Shown: piece by piece, positions 26,619 to 36,070 of the stretch
Layout of the letters: each line of letters begins with the position of its first letter
Numbering within the stretch: position 1 is the first letter of the stretch
Origin: an uncultured Nitrospiraceae bacterium
GTDB lineage: Bacteria > Hydrogenedentota > Hydrogenedentia > Hydrogenedentales > SLHB01
Reading direction: 5' to 3'
Length of the DNA stretch: 64,000 nt
Assembly: GCA_964587655.1 (NCBI GenBank)
Contig: CAZPMT010000003.1
Location: 50,915 to 114,914 of the forward strand
Notes under the pieces: generated by a model
The model's database searches: none
Seen by the model: the letters and a program-made list of their open reading frames with translations, nothing else
What the model was told of the DNA's origin: nothing
Position numbers and translations under genes: made by a program

Positions 26619-27065
26619 ATGGGCAAGCTGTCACACCTGGACGACGAGGGTCGCGCGCGAATGGTGGACGTGAGCGCGAAGAAGATACAGCATCGCGTTG
26701 CGCGGGCGAGGGGACGCATCCGCATGGCGCCGGAGACGGCCGCGCTCGTCGCGGCGAACGACATTAAGAAAGGCGACGTGCTTACTGTGGCGGAGATCGC
26801 GGGCGTGCAGGCCGCGAAGAAGACTTTTGATTTGATACCGTTATGTCATACCGTGCATATCGATAGCATCAGAGTGAAGGCGAAGATTCAAGACGACGGC
26901 GTTACCATCGAAAGCGAGGTTGTAGCCACGGACAAGACCGGCGTTGAGATGGAAGCGTTGACGGCCGTCAGCGTGGGCCTATTGACGGTCTACGACATGT
27001 GCAAGGCCGCGGACAAGAGCATGGTCATAAGCGAAATTGTCCTCGTTGAGAAGATGAAGGAGTAG
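26619..27065 (+). CDS. moaC: Cyclic pyranopterin monophosphate synthase
   Basis: SHLDDEGRARMVDVS, KKGDVL, LIPLCH, TGVEMEALT and YDMCKA motifs. Confidence 0.96.
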   Translation: MGKLSHLDDEGRARMVDVSAKKIQHRVARARGRIRMAPETAALVAANDIKKGDVLTVAEIAGVQAAKKTFDLIPLCHTVHIDSIRVKAKIQDDGVTIESEVVATDKTGVEMEALTAVSVGLLTVYDMCKAADKSMVISEIVLVEKMKE

Positions 27066-27150
27066 CGGTCCGTCCAAAGGATCGAGTATCATCCCGGTTT
27101 GTGCACTCCAGGCGGCCCGCACGGTGCGGCTTGGGCCGGAAAGGCTTCAC

Positions 27151-28101
27151 GTGGCTGAAACGCAAACACTGACCGGGATGGTTGTCTCTGTAAATCTGTC
27201 CGAGCGGCAGGGCACGTCCAAGCAGCCCGTGCCGGAAATCACTATCGCCGGGCAAGGCGTTGTGGGCGACGCTCATGCCGGGGACTGGCATCGGCAGGTG
27301 AGTTTGCTTGCCGTGGAGAGTATCGAGCGGTTTTCCGCGGAATGCGGCCGAGCGTTCGGCAGCGGCGAGTTCGCGGAAAATATCACAACGCGCGGCATCG
27401 ACCTTCTTCAGGCGGTCTTCCTCGATAGGTTCAGGATCGGCCCGGCGGCGGAACTCGAGGTGACGCAGTTGGGAAAGAAGTGTCATGGCAAAGGCTGCGC
27501 CATCTTCCAGCAGGTCGGGGAGTGCGTCATGCCGAAGGAGGGCATCTTCTGCCGGGTCGTCCGAGGCGGCGCGGTGAAGCCCGGAGACGCGATCGTGCAC
27601 GCGCCGCGCGTCCTGTTGTGCCGAGTGATTACCTTGAGCGATCGGGCCAGCCAGGGCGTCTATGCGGATCGCAGCGGCCCGATAATTCGTAAGCGGCTTG
27701 AGGAGTTCATGCAGGGCAGGCGTTGGCGGCTCGACATTTCCTCGTCGCTGATACCGGACGACGCGGACAGACTCCGCGAAGAACTGCGCCCCGCGCGAGA
27801 CGCGGGCGTGCACGTGGTGTTTACCACGGGCGGCACGGGCATTGGGCCGAGGGACATCACGCCCGACGTTGTAACCGGGCTCGCGGACAAGATCATCCCG
27901 GGCGTCATGGAGAATATCCGGCTCAAGTACGGCTCGGAAAAACCGAACGCGCTGCTCAGCAGGTCAGTAGCCGCAGTTCTCGGTCAGACGCTCGTCTACA
28001 CCCTTCCCGGCAGTGTGCGCGCCGTCGATGAATACATGGGCGAGATCCTCCAGACGCTCGAGCATAGCATCTACATGCTCCGCGGAGTGGACACGCATTA
28101 G
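27151..28101 (+). CDS. MOSC domain - MogA/MoaB fusion
   Basis: GDAHAGDWHRQVSLL, GEFAENI, KKCH..C and MPKEGIF (MOSC); TLSDR..DRSGP, TTGGTGIGPRDITPD and LPGS (MogA). Confidence 0.9.
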   Translation: MAETQTLTGMVVSVNLSERQGTSKQPVPEITIAGQGVVGDAHAGDWHRQVSLLAVESIERFSAECGRAFGSGEFAENITTRGIDLLQAVFLDRFRIGPAAELEVTQLGKKCHGKGCAIFQQVGECVMPKEGIFCRVVRGGAVKPGDAIVHAPRVLLCRVITLSDRASQGVYADRSGPIIRKRLEEFMQGRRWRLDISSSLIPDDADRLREELRPARDAGVHVVFTTGGTGIGPRDITPDVVTGLADKIIPGVMENIRLKYGSEKPNALLSRSVAAVLGQTLVYTLPGSVRAVDEYMGEILQTLEHSIYMLRGVDTH

Positions 28102-28161
28102 CCTCCGCGGCGACTCCGCCTTCCCGTTGGTCCGGATCGACGTTATCACGCAAGCGGGAAT

Positions 28162-28190
28162 TTGATTTCCGCGGGGCCATTTGCTAAGAT
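28162..28190 (+). promoter_or_regulatory. Sigma70 promoter of the infC-rpmI-rplT operon
   Basis: TTGATT-N17-TAAGAT with TG extended -10. Confidence 0.6.
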
Positions 28191-28196
28191 GCGCGG

Positions 28197-28422
28197 CGAG
28201 TAAGGTGTCTTGTTACGGCGGACTTGCCGTAATACAAGTGGGAGCGCCAGCTTCTCACCTTGCGGCGACGGGCGCATAGAGCGCGGGTTGTCTGCCAGCA
28301 AGGTCCGTGACATACGCGACACGCGCGGCGGATGTATGCCGTTCACAGTTTGTCGTTGCTTGACAAACTGTGGTGTTGGTTGTTTTCGGCGGAGAGTTGG
28401 CATACTCTCCGCCGTTTTTCTT
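28197..28422 (+). ncRNA. Ribosomal protein L20 leader-like attenuator
   Basis: GCGCCAGCTTCTCACC resembles the L20-leader core and can pair with GAGAGTTGGC in the 5' arm of terminator CGGCGGAGAG..CTCTCCGCCG-TTTTT (28387-28419). Confidence 0.65.
28344..28372. repeat. 29-bp palindrome, copy 2 (within infC leader)
   Basis: CACAGTTTGTC-GTTGCTT-GACAAACTGTG. Confidence 0.88.
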
Positions 28423-28461
28423 TGGCTCGGTGGCGGGCGGACCGTTGTGCGTGCGCCGCAT

Positions 28462-28490
28462 CACAGTTTGTCAAACGGCGACAAACTGTG
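28462..28490. repeat. 29-bp palindrome, copy 3
   Basis: CACAGTTTGTC-AAACGGC-GACAAACTGTG; the spacer is nearly the reverse complement of the copy 1 spacer. Confidence 0.88.
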
Positions 28491-28556
28491 ACCACCGGGA
28501 TGGTTTACGTTGGAAAGACGTACTGGGGCGTGGGGCCCCGCGTGGAGGATCCACTT

Positions 28557-29096
28557 ATCGCCAAGATAGAAGAGGAAAAGGTCCGGGTAAATGGAATGAT
28601 TCGGGCCCGACAGGTTCGTGTGATCGATGAAGAAGGAAACCAACTCGGGATTATGAGTCCCGGGGACGCGATTCGCGAGGCGGAAGAACGCGGACTCGAC
28701 CTGGTGGAGGTGGCAGGAAAAGCGGCGCCACCCGTATGCCGCATCATGGACTACGGGAAGTACCGCTACCAGCAGAGCAAGCGGGCGAAGGAATCCCGCA
28801 AGCATCAGCACACCGTCACCGTGAAAGAAATCAAGTACCGCCCCAAGATCGACGATCACGATTTCGAGACGAAGACGAATCATGTTCGGGAATTTCTCAA
28901 AGAGGGAGATAAGGTCAAGATCACCATCATGTTCCGCGGCCGTGAAATGGCCCACCCCGAGTTTGGGCGGGAACTGTTGGTGAAGGTTGTCGAGGCGACC
29001 AAGGAACTCTGTCAAGAGGACCACAGCGCGGCCACCGCAAGACTCGAAGGCCGCAATATGAGCATGGTGCTCACCCCGACACACCACCAAGTCTGA
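28557..29096 (+). CDS. infC: Translation initiation factor IF-3 (probable ATC start)
   Basis: RVNGMIRARQVRVI, LDLVEV, PPVCRIMDYGKY, KEIKYRPKID and MFRGRE motifs. GGAGG lies 8 nt before an in-frame ATC. Confidence 0.95.
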   Translation: MAKIEEEKVRVNGMIRARQVRVIDEEGNQLGIMSPGDAIREAEERGLDLVEVAGKAAPPVCRIMDYGKYRYQQSKRAKESRKHQHTVTVKEIKYRPKIDDHDFETKTNHVREFLKEGDKVKITIMFRGREMAHPEFGRELLVKVVEATKELCQEDHSAATARLEGRNMSMVLTPTHHQV

Positions 29097-29181
29097 TCTT
29101 CCGAACCGCATTACGCCGCAGTAGACGGACCGTCTGACGAGAAGGCGATGAAGGATCCTTCTTTCTTATGGAGGGCTAGGT

Positions 29182-29379
29182 ATGCCGAAAGTTAAGACCA
29201 CGAAATCAGCAGCAAAACGCTTCAAGGTGACCAAGAGCGGCAAGTTCAAACGGAGCAAGTCGTTTCGGGGCCATCTGAAGACGGCCAAGACGGCGAAGCG
29301 CCGCAGGAATCTCCGCCGTTCACTCGTGATCTCGGAGTCGGATCACAAGCGCGTGCGGCAGATGCTTCCGTACGCCTGA
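29182..29379 (+). CDS. rpmI: 50S ribosomal protein L35
   Basis: MPKVKTTKSAAKRFKVT..MLPYA. Confidence 0.97.
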   Translation: MPKVKTTKSAAKRFKVTKSGKFKRSKSFRGHLKTAKTAKRRRNLRRSLVISESDHKRVRQMLPYA

Positions 29380-29435
29380 GATAAACGAGAGGACTAAACC
29401 CGCCGAACGGCGGTTCTTTCTGAGGAGTTAAGACC

Positions 29436-29801
29436 ATGCCACGTGTATCAAAAGCCCCTGCTACACGCAGTCGCCGCAGGAAATACATGAAACTGGCCTC
29501 CGGATACCGGGGAGGCCACCACCGTCTGTACAAGACGGCTCGACAGGCCGTCGAGCGCGCCGCATGCTTCGCATACCGCGACCGCCGCGCGCGCAAGCGT
29601 GACTTCCGCCGCCTGTGGATCGCCCGCATAAACGCGGCCGCCCGCGCCTGCGGCATCAGCTACAGCCGCTTTATCGCGGGACTCAAGCAGGCAAACATCG
29701 ACGTGAATCGAAAGATGCTGGCCGACATCGCCGCGACGGACGAGGTGGCCTTCGGACAGTTGGTCGATGCCGTAAAGGCCCAATTGAACGCGTCCTCTTA
29801 G
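29436..29801 (+). CDS. rplT: 50S ribosomal protein L20
   Basis: [22 protein letters not shown] and NRKMLADIA motifs. Confidence 0.97.
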   Translation: MPRVSKAPATRSRRRKYMKLASGYRGGHHRLYKTARQAVERAACFAYRDRRARKRDFRRLWIARINAAARACGISYSRFIAGLKQANIDVNRKMLADIAATDEVAFGQLVDAVKAQLNASS

Positions 29802-29863
29802 GAGCGGATTTCGGGCTTCGTGTATCGGGTTCAGACGTTGGGAAAAGATCCCGCCGTCGGCGC

Positions 29864-29897
29864 AAACCCGAAACCCGAAACCCGAAACCCGAAACCC
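29864..29897 (+). repeat. Heptamer tandem repeat (AAACCCG)x4-5
   Basis: Directly upstream of the hisA ATG; degenerate complementary arm at about 29808-29832. Confidence 0.85.
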
Positions 29898-29902
29898 AAC
29901 CC

Positions 29903-30631
29903 ATGCGCATCGTTCCCGCAGTGGACATTCGCGGAGGCTTCTGCGTCAACCTGGTCCAAGGCGACTATGACCAGGAGACGGTCTTTTCGGAAGATCCCGT
30001 TGCACAGGCGGAAGAGTGGGTCCGCCTTGGGGCCGGGCTCGTTCACGTCGTGGACCTTGATGGCGCCAAGGCAGGCCGATGCTGCATCGAACCACACCTT
30101 AGCGCCCTTGCAGCCGCCGGGGCGCCATACGAAGTGGGTGGCGGGATCCGAAACATGGAAACCGTCCGGACCATCCTGGCGGCGGGCGCGCAGCGGGTGA
30201 TCCTCGGCACCGCGGCCTACCGCGACCGTGACTTCCTCCGTGCCGCCGCGCGGGAATTTCCGGAGAAAATCGTGGCCGGCATCGACGCCAAGGACGGGAA
30301 AGTGGGACTGAACGGCTGGATCGAGATCACCGAGACGGGCGCCGTGCCGTTCGCACGCGAAGCGGAAGCCGCCGGCGCCTGCCGCATCATCTACACGGAC
30401 ATCCTGAGCGACGGGATGATGGGCGGACCCAACATCGCGGCCACCCAGGCGGTAGCGCGCGCCGTCCGCATTCCCGTGACCGCATCGGGGGGCATTTCGT
30501 CTCTGGCCGACATCCGCCGTCTGCGTTCCGTCGAGCCCGACGGAATCGATGAAATCATCATCGGGCGCGCATTGTACCTCCGCGCATTTACGCTGCCTGA
30601 GGCCATCGCAGCGGCGCAGGAAAAGATATGA
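29903..30631 (+). CDS. hisA: ProFAR isomerase
   Basis: IVPAVDIRGG, HVVDLDGA, GGGIR, YTDI..DG, ASGG and IIGRALY motifs. Confidence 0.95.
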   Translation: MRIVPAVDIRGGFCVNLVQGDYDQETVFSEDPVAQAEEWVRLGAGLVHVVDLDGAKAGRCCIEPHLSALAAAGAPYEVGGGIRNMETVRTILAAGAQRVILGTAAYRDRDFLRAAAREFPEKIVAGIDAKDGKVGLNGWIEITETGAVPFAREAEAAGACRIIYTDILSDGMMGGPNIAATQAVARAVRIPVTASGGISSLADIRRLRSVEPDGIDEIIIGRALYLRAFTLPEAIAAAQEKI

Positions 30632-31533
30632 ACCCACTCTTCGATACCGTGACGATCATTGGCGTGGGACTCCTGGGCGGCTCCCTGGGACAGGCCCTCA
30701 AAGCCCGCGGTCTGGCAAAGACGATACGCGGCGTCGGACGCAGGCAATCTTCCCTGGACAAGGCCCTCGAGGTAGGCGCCATCGATGCCGCATTCCTGAA
30801 TATGCGGGATGCCGCTGCGGGCGCCGGCCTCGTGGTCATATGCACGCCTGCGGGCCATGCAACACAGGCGCTGGACCAACTCCGCTCTCTCTGCGGGCCG
30901 GACACTATTGTTACGGACGTCGCCAGCACCAAAGCCCGGATATGCGAGCACGCCCGCAAGACGTGGCCCATGCCTTCCCGTTTCGTCGGCAGTCATCCCA
31001 TGGCGGGGTCTGAAAAATTCGGACCGGAACACGCCACGCCGCGCCTGTTCGAGGACTGCGTAACGGTGGTCGAGGCCGGCGGCCACATTGACGCGGAAGC
31101 ACGCCGGGCCGTCCGCGAGCTTTGGCTGGGCGTTGGCGCCCGCGTCGTGGAAATGGATCCCGTGCTGCATGACGCAATCGCGGCCCGCACAAGCCATGTG
31201 CCCCATCTCATGGCGGCGTGTATCGCCACAATGGGGGCCATTGATCTCGATACGCATTCGGCCCAGATCCGGGCCCTGATCGGCAAGGGGTTTCGCGACG
31301 TAACCCGCATCGCCGCGAGCCGGGCGGAAACGTGGCGCGACATTTGCCTCACGAACCGCGACGCCGTACTGGCCGGTCTCGATGAAGCGCTTGCCGCACT
31401 GACGCAAGTGCGAGAGGCCGTCGCCGCCGGCGACGCGAGCGCCGTCGAAGCGTTCTTTGACAAAGGGAAGATCGCCAGAGACGCCTTGGTACGCGACCAT
31501 GAGAATACCCCTGATGAGGGATCCCTCCCATGA
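30628..31533 (+). CDS. tyrA: Prephenate/arogenate dehydrogenase
   Basis: IIGVGLLGGS, TDVASTK, HPMAGSE, HD..TSHVPH and FRDVTRIA motifs. Confidence 0.93.
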   Translation: MNPLFDTVTIIGVGLLGGSLGQALKARGLAKTIRGVGRRQSSLDKALEVGAIDAAFLNMRDAAAGAGLVVICTPAGHATQALDQLRSLCGPDTIVTDVASTKARICEHARKTWPMPSRFVGSHPMAGSEKFGPEHATPRLFEDCVTVVEAGGHIDAEARRAVRELWLGVGARVVEMDPVLHDAIAARTSHVPHLMAACIATMGAIDLDTHSAQIRALIGKGFRDVTRIAASRAETWRDICLTNRDAVLAGLDEALAALTQVREAVAAGDASAVEAFFDKGKIARDALVRDHENTPDEGSLP

Positions 31534-32165
31534 AGCCTGTACGCACAAGGGGCCTGCTGATCACCTTTGAAGGCGGCGAGGGGTGCGGGAAATCGACACA
31601 GTTGGAGCTTCTTCGCACCTATCTCGAATCACAAGGGTACGAAGTGCTGGCCACGCGGGAACCCGGCGGAACGCCCATGGCGGAAGCCATTCGCGCCATT
31701 CTGCTCGACCCGGCCAACGAGGCGCTTAGCCCCGTGACCGAGTTGCTGCTCTACGAGGCCGCGCGCGCACAGCACGTCGCTGAGCGTATCGGCCCAGCGC
31801 TCGAAGCCGGCAAGATCGTCCTTTCAGACCGTTTCTACGACTCGACGACTGCCTACCAAGGCGCGGGCCGAGGGCTTCCGCTGGACAATCTGTCTGGTCT
31901 TCACGCGATTGCCACGAAAGGTCTCGAGCCGGACCTGACTATCGTCATCGACGTTCCGACGGCCCTCGGTTTGGCGCGGGCCACACAAGGCGGTTCCGAT
32001 CGAATCGAACGGGAGAAAATTGACTTTCACGAACGTGTACGGGCCGGGTTTCTCCGCATTGCGCGGGAAGAACCAGGACGCGTGAAAGTGGTGGACGGCG
32101 CCAAGAGCGTCGACGAAGTAGCAGCGGCCGTTCGCGAGAACGTCGACGAATTACTGAACATGTGA
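31530..32165 (+). CDS. tmk: Thymidylate kinase
   Basis: ITFEGGEGCGKST, TREPGG and DRFYDSTTAYQG motifs. Confidence 0.96.
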   Translation: MKPVRTRGLLITFEGGEGCGKSTQLELLRTYLESQGYEVLATREPGGTPMAEAIRAILLDPANEALSPVTELLLYEAARAQHVAERIGPALEAGKIVLSDRFYDSTTAYQGAGRGLPLDNLSGLHAIATKGLEPDLTIVIDVPTALGLARATQGGSDRIEREKIDFHERVRAGFLRIAREEPGRVKVVDGAKSVDEVAAAVRENVDELLNM

Positions 32166-32169
32166 ACCC

Positions 32170-32263
32170 GTGGAAGCGGCGTCCTCGCCGCTTGCCGACG
32201 GGCTGAACCTGTGGAAGCGGCGTCCTCGCCGCTTGCCCGACGCGACGAGGACGTCGCGTCCAC
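32170..32263. repeat. Cluster of three GTGG-family REPs
   Basis: GTGGAAGCGGCGTCCTCGCCGC at 32170 and 32211; an inverted copy ends at 32263. Confidence 0.85.
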
Positions 32264-32272
32264 GAAGAGGAA

Positions 32273-33382
32273 ATGAGTTTCAAGAGCATTCGAGATCAGG
32301 ATGTACCCGTGCGGTTGCTTCGCAACATGCTGCGGAAGAACCGCGTCCCGAATGGACTCCTGTTCTGGGGACCGGGCGGCGTCGGCAAGCGCCTGGCCGC
32401 AATCGAGATGGCGAAGGCCATAAACTGCGGCAAAGGGGACGCCGACGCGTGCGACGCATGTCTGAGTTGCCGCAAAGTCACGAGTGGGAACCATCCGGAT
32501 GTGATGATCGTGACGCCGGTGAAGAAATCCCGCATCATTAACGTCGAGACGATCGACGCCGTGAATGGCATGGCCGCGCTGCGCCCCTTCGAGTCTAAAT
32601 GGCGCGTGTTCATTTTTCAGGAAGCGGACCGAATGGGCGTCGCCGCGCAGAACCACTTCCTCAAGACGCTCGAAGAGCCTCCTGGCAATTCCATGTTCAT
32701 GCTGCTCACGGAATATCCCGGTCTTCTATTGCCGACAATCCGCTCGCGGTGCCAACGGGTCCGATTCGGCGTTCTGCGGCCTGCGACGGTGACCGAACTC
32801 CTGCTGCGTGAACGGGACCTCCCGAGGGACGTGGCGGAGTCGATTGCGGCCCTTGCACAGGGGCAGATGGCGCGGGCGTTGGGCCTCGTGGACTCCGGCA
32901 AGCGCGAGGAGGTCCTCGAGATCACCAAGCGCCTGGCGGAAGGAGGCGAACCGATCTCGCTGGCCGAGGATTTCGCCAAGCGTCTCGAACTGCGCCGGAC
33001 CCAAATCGAGGCCGCGATCAAGGCGGATACGGATCCCGCCACGGCCGATGTGTCGCGCGAAGACCGCGAGGAAGCCGCCGAGCAACAGATGGCCCTCGCG
33101 GAAGCGATCATCCGGCGTGATATAATGGAGTACCTGTACTTGCTGGAGACTTGGTACCGCGACGAATTGGTCTACTCGACAACCGGGAATGAAGAGCAAG
33201 TGTTCAACCGGGATCAGTTGGAGCGGCTTCGAGCGGCCGGCGAGTGCAAGGCTTCCGTGCGCGCCAAAGGCGCGGATTACGATCGGAAGTTCGATGCTAT
33301 CGAGAAGGCGCGCGTTTATCTGGAACGTTTTCTGAAAGAAGATCGCGTTTTTCGCGACCTCTTCTTCGTGTTGTCCTCATGA
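32273..33382 (+). CDS. holB: DNA polymerase III delta' subunit
   Basis: LLFWGPGGVGK, CDACLSC..HPD, LKTLEEPP and TIRSRC motifs; follows tmk. Confidence 0.93.
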   Translation: MSFKSIRDQDVPVRLLRNMLRKNRVPNGLLFWGPGGVGKRLAAIEMAKAINCGKGDADACDACLSCRKVTSGNHPDVMIVTPVKKSRIINVETIDAVNGMAALRPFESKWRVFIFQEADRMGVAAQNHFLKTLEEPPGNSMFMLLTEYPGLLLPTIRSRCQRVRFGVLRPATVTELLLRERDLPRDVAESIAALAQGQMARALGLVDSGKREEVLEITKRLAEGGEPISLAEDFAKRLELRRTQIEAAIKADTDPATADVSREDREEAAEQQMALAEAIIRRDIMEYLYLLETWYRDELVYSTTGNEEQVFNRDQLERLRAAGECKASVRAKGADYDRKFDAIEKARVYLERFLKEDRVFRDLFFVLSS

Positions 33383-33402
33383 CGGGACGTTGGGAGTAGT
33401 CT

Positions 33403-34362
33403 ATGCTGCAAGCTGTGAAGGTCCGGTTGCGTAAACCGGCCCGCGTTTTTGTGTTCCTTGCCCGCGACATCGCGCTCTCGCGAAATGACCATGTCATCGC
33501 GCGGAGCGATCGGGGACTCGAGTGCGGTGTATGCATCACCGAGCCTGAGGACTGCCCCGACGAGATGGTCAGGCGTTACACCATGTCCGTCGTCCGGAAA
33601 GCATCGCCGCACGATGAAAACTCCCTGAGCCAGATCATCCTGGACGAGACAAGGGCCGGCGCCCTCTGCCGCCAGAAGATCCGCGAGCGGAATCTGCCCA
33701 TGAACCTGGTCGATGCGGAATACACGTTTGACCGTCACAAGGTCATCTTCTACTTCACCGCGGACGACAGGGTGGATTTCCGCGAATTGGTCCGCGATCT
33801 CGCACACGAACTCAAGGCGCGCATCGAACTGAGGCATATTCAAGTGCGCGACAAGGCCAAGATCGTCGGAGGCTTCGCGGCGTGCGGACGCGAACTATGC
33901 TGCGCCACGTGGCTCTCCGGGTTCATGCCGATCTCGATGAAGATGGCCAAGCGGCAGAGCCTCTCCTTGAATCCCACAAAGATCAGCGGGCAGTGCGGCC
34001 GGCTAATGTGCTGTCTGAGTTACGAGAACGATCAGTACCACGATCCGAAGAGGAAGAAGGCCGCCGCGGTCGCCGAAGAAACGGAAAAGCCAAGCGGTCC
34101 CGAATGGGAGGAGATTCTCGAGGAAGAAGCGATCCTGTCGGAGGAAGAGCCGCTTGCAGCCGGCGAGGAAGAGGATACCGGACCCGGCGAGCCGGTTCTC
34201 GTGGTGAATCCCGACGGCACCGAGGAAATCTTCGAAGAGGAAGAAGAGGCCGGGGAAAGCGCCGCCGCCGAGGGTCCCGATAAACCTTCCAAGTCCCGCC
34301 GCCGCTCCCGCCGCCGCCGGCGTCGCAAACCCCGCGACGGAGCCGGCCCCGCGCAATCGTAA
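33403..34362 (+). CDS. ricT: PSP1/RicT (YaaT) family protein
   Basis: FTADDRVDFRELV, RIELRHI, CGRELCC and KISGQCGRLMCCL motifs; acidic and Arg-rich tail. Confidence 0.9.
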   Translation: MLQAVKVRLRKPARVFVFLARDIALSRNDHVIARSDRGLECGVCITEPEDCPDEMVRRYTMSVVRKASPHDENSLSQIILDETRAGALCRQKIRERNLPMNLVDAEYTFDRHKVIFYFTADDRVDFRELVRDLAHELKARIELRHIQVRDKAKIVGGFAACGRELCCATWLSGFMPISMKMAKRQSLSLNPTKISGQCGRLMCCLSYENDQYHDPKRKKAAAVAEETEKPSGPEWEEILEEEAILSEEEPLAAGEEEDTGPGEPVLVVNPDGTEEIFEEEEEAGESAAAEGPDKPSKSRRRSRRRRRRKPRDGAGPAQS

Positions 34363-34384
34363 AGGCGACGTCCACGCCGCACTT

Positions 34385-34546
34385 GTGGCCGCGACGTCCT
34401 CGTCGCGTTACCAAGACAATGCACTGGACGCATGGTAGAAAGCGGCGAGGACGCCGCTTCCACACCTGTGGCCGCGACGTCCTCGTCGCGTTACCAAGAC
34501 AATGCACTGGACGCATGGTAGAAAGCGGCGAGGACGCCGCTTCCAC
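34385..34546. repeat. Exact tandem duplication (83-bp period) of a REP doublet
   Basis: 79-bp unit at 34385-34463 and 34468-34546, each bounded by inverted GTGG-family REPs. Confidence 0.92.
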
Positions 34547-34564
34547 GCTTCCACGGAAATCGCT

Positions 34565-35356
34565 ATGGCGCTCATTGACACGCATGCCCATTTGCAGCAC
34601 CCCCAGTTTGACGCAGATCGTTCAGACGTGCTCGAACGAGCCCTCGCCGTGCTGGACGGGCTAGTCGTGATCGGAGACGACATCGCGACAAGCCAACATG
34701 GCGTGGCGCTGGCCCGCGGGAAGGTCTGCGCCGCCGTCGGCATCCATCCCCACGGAGCGAGCGGCGCAACGCCCGAAGCGCTCGCGGCGATTCGCGAACT
34801 CGTGTCACGGCCCGGTGTGGTGGCCATCGGTGAGATCGGATTGGACTACCACTACGATTTCTCCGCGCGCGAACATCAGCGCGAAGCGTTCAGCCGCCAA
34901 CTGGAAATGGCCATCGAGTGTAAGCTTCCCGTCGTCGTGCATTGCCGGGAAGCCCAGCACGACGTCGCGGCCATCATCGAGCCTTTGCACGCGGAACTCG
35001 CGGGCGGCGTCATGCACTGCTTCGGGGGAGACGCCGCCTTTGCCGAACAGTGCCTGGCGTGGGGGTTCCACATTTCCTTTGCCGGAAACGTAACCTTTCC
35101 GAAAGCGCACAAGCTGCGTGAGGCGGCGCGCATTGTCCCACTGGAGCGTCTTCTCGTCGAGACGGACAGTCCATATCTGGCCCCGCAGCCGGTTCGAGGT
35201 CAGCGATGCGAACCCGCGCACGTTGAATACACCGCGGCGTGCCTGGCCGAACTGAAAGGGATCCCGCTTGATGCGTTAGCCGCGCGGACCTCCGAAAACG
35301 CCCGGCGTGTCTTTCGTCTCCAAGCCGCGGCGCAACCGCCAGACATAACGGCATAG
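34565..35356 (+). CDS. tatD: TatD family DNase
   Basis: IDTHAHL, GIHPH, IGEIGLDY, VHCREA, MHCF and ETDSPYLAP motifs. Confidence 0.95.
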   Translation: MALIDTHAHLQHPQFDADRSDVLERALAVLDGLVVIGDDIATSQHGVALARGKVCAAVGIHPHGASGATPEALAAIRELVSRPGVVAIGEIGLDYHYDFSAREHQREAFSRQLEMAIECKLPVVVHCREAQHDVAAIIEPLHAELAGGVMHCFGGDAAFAEQCLAWGFHISFAGNVTFPKAHKLREAARIVPLERLLVETDSPYLAPQPVRGQRCEPAHVEYTAACLAELKGIPLDALAARTSENARRVFRLQAAAQPPDITA

Positions 35357-35701
35357 GACAATCTGCATCACAAGGGCGCCTGCGCCGTCCGCGCAAGCAT
35401 CCCAGACATCGGCCGTCCGCCCCGGCACGAAGCGTTGGTGAAACTCATCGCTGATCCCGTACAGGAATGCGAACGCAACCGGCCCCCAGAACTGTACGAA
35501 CGGGCTTACAGGACGGCCGCGTCTCCTGAGACCCGTCGACACCACCAGCGCCAAGCCGCCGTACAGCACCGCGTGGACCAGCTTGTCCTCGCCTGGAAAC
35601 ATCGGTTCGAAATGGACAGGATTCGCCGTCGAAGAAAGCCAGAACAACATGACGCAGTACGCAACCGTCGCCAGAGCGTACCGCAGGTCCAAGACGGCCA
35701 T
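35276..35701 (-). CDS. VanZ-family membrane protein
   Basis: DKLVHAVLYGGL, YGISDEFHQRFVPGR and D..AD..G motifs; 3' end overlaps tatD. Confidence 0.85.
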   Translation of the reverse strand: MAVLDLRYALATVAYCVMLFWLSSTANPVHFEPMFPGEDKLVHAVLYGGLALVVSTGLRRRGRPVSPFVQFWGPVAFAFLYGISDEFHQRFVPGRTADVWDACADGAGALVMQIVLCRYVWRLRRGLETKDTPGVFGGPRG

Positions 35702-35989
35702 CCTGCGCTCGAGCAGGAGTGCGGAAAGCGAAAACCGTACGCGTCCTTCCATGGTTACCCCGTAACTCAGCCCTCGCGCGGAAGCCCTGCGCGACCGCCA
35801 CGCTTCCATTGTGAACCCGAAATCGTCTCGTTTCAAGCGGGCAGGCATGGACCTCTCGGTTCGCCCTGGAGGTACGAGAGTGCTCGTGGTACACCCTATC
35901 TGGCGCGGCGATACTCATTTCGAGTGGATTCCTGCTTGACGCTACGGGGGCTTTACCGGTGGGAGCAGGGAACTGGACGAGATGATGCC

Positions 35990-36018
35990 TTGACAAACGC
36001 CTCAGCTTGTGGTAAAGT
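35990..36018 (+). promoter_or_regulatory. Sigma70 promoter upstream of marR
   Basis: TTGACA-N17-TAAAGT with TG extension. Confidence 0.6.
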
Positions 36019-36070
36019 CACATTGTTAGTACATGAATAATTAATAGGCTAAGGACGGCGTCTTCAAGAA

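Noticed and set aside
34385-34546. Possible CRISPR array
   Set aside because: Only two units, the interiors are identical, the bounding repeats are inverted REPs, and there are no cas genes.
35276-35356. Convergent tatD/vanZ overlap as antisense regulation
   Set aside because: Short tail-to-tail overlaps are common and there is no further support.
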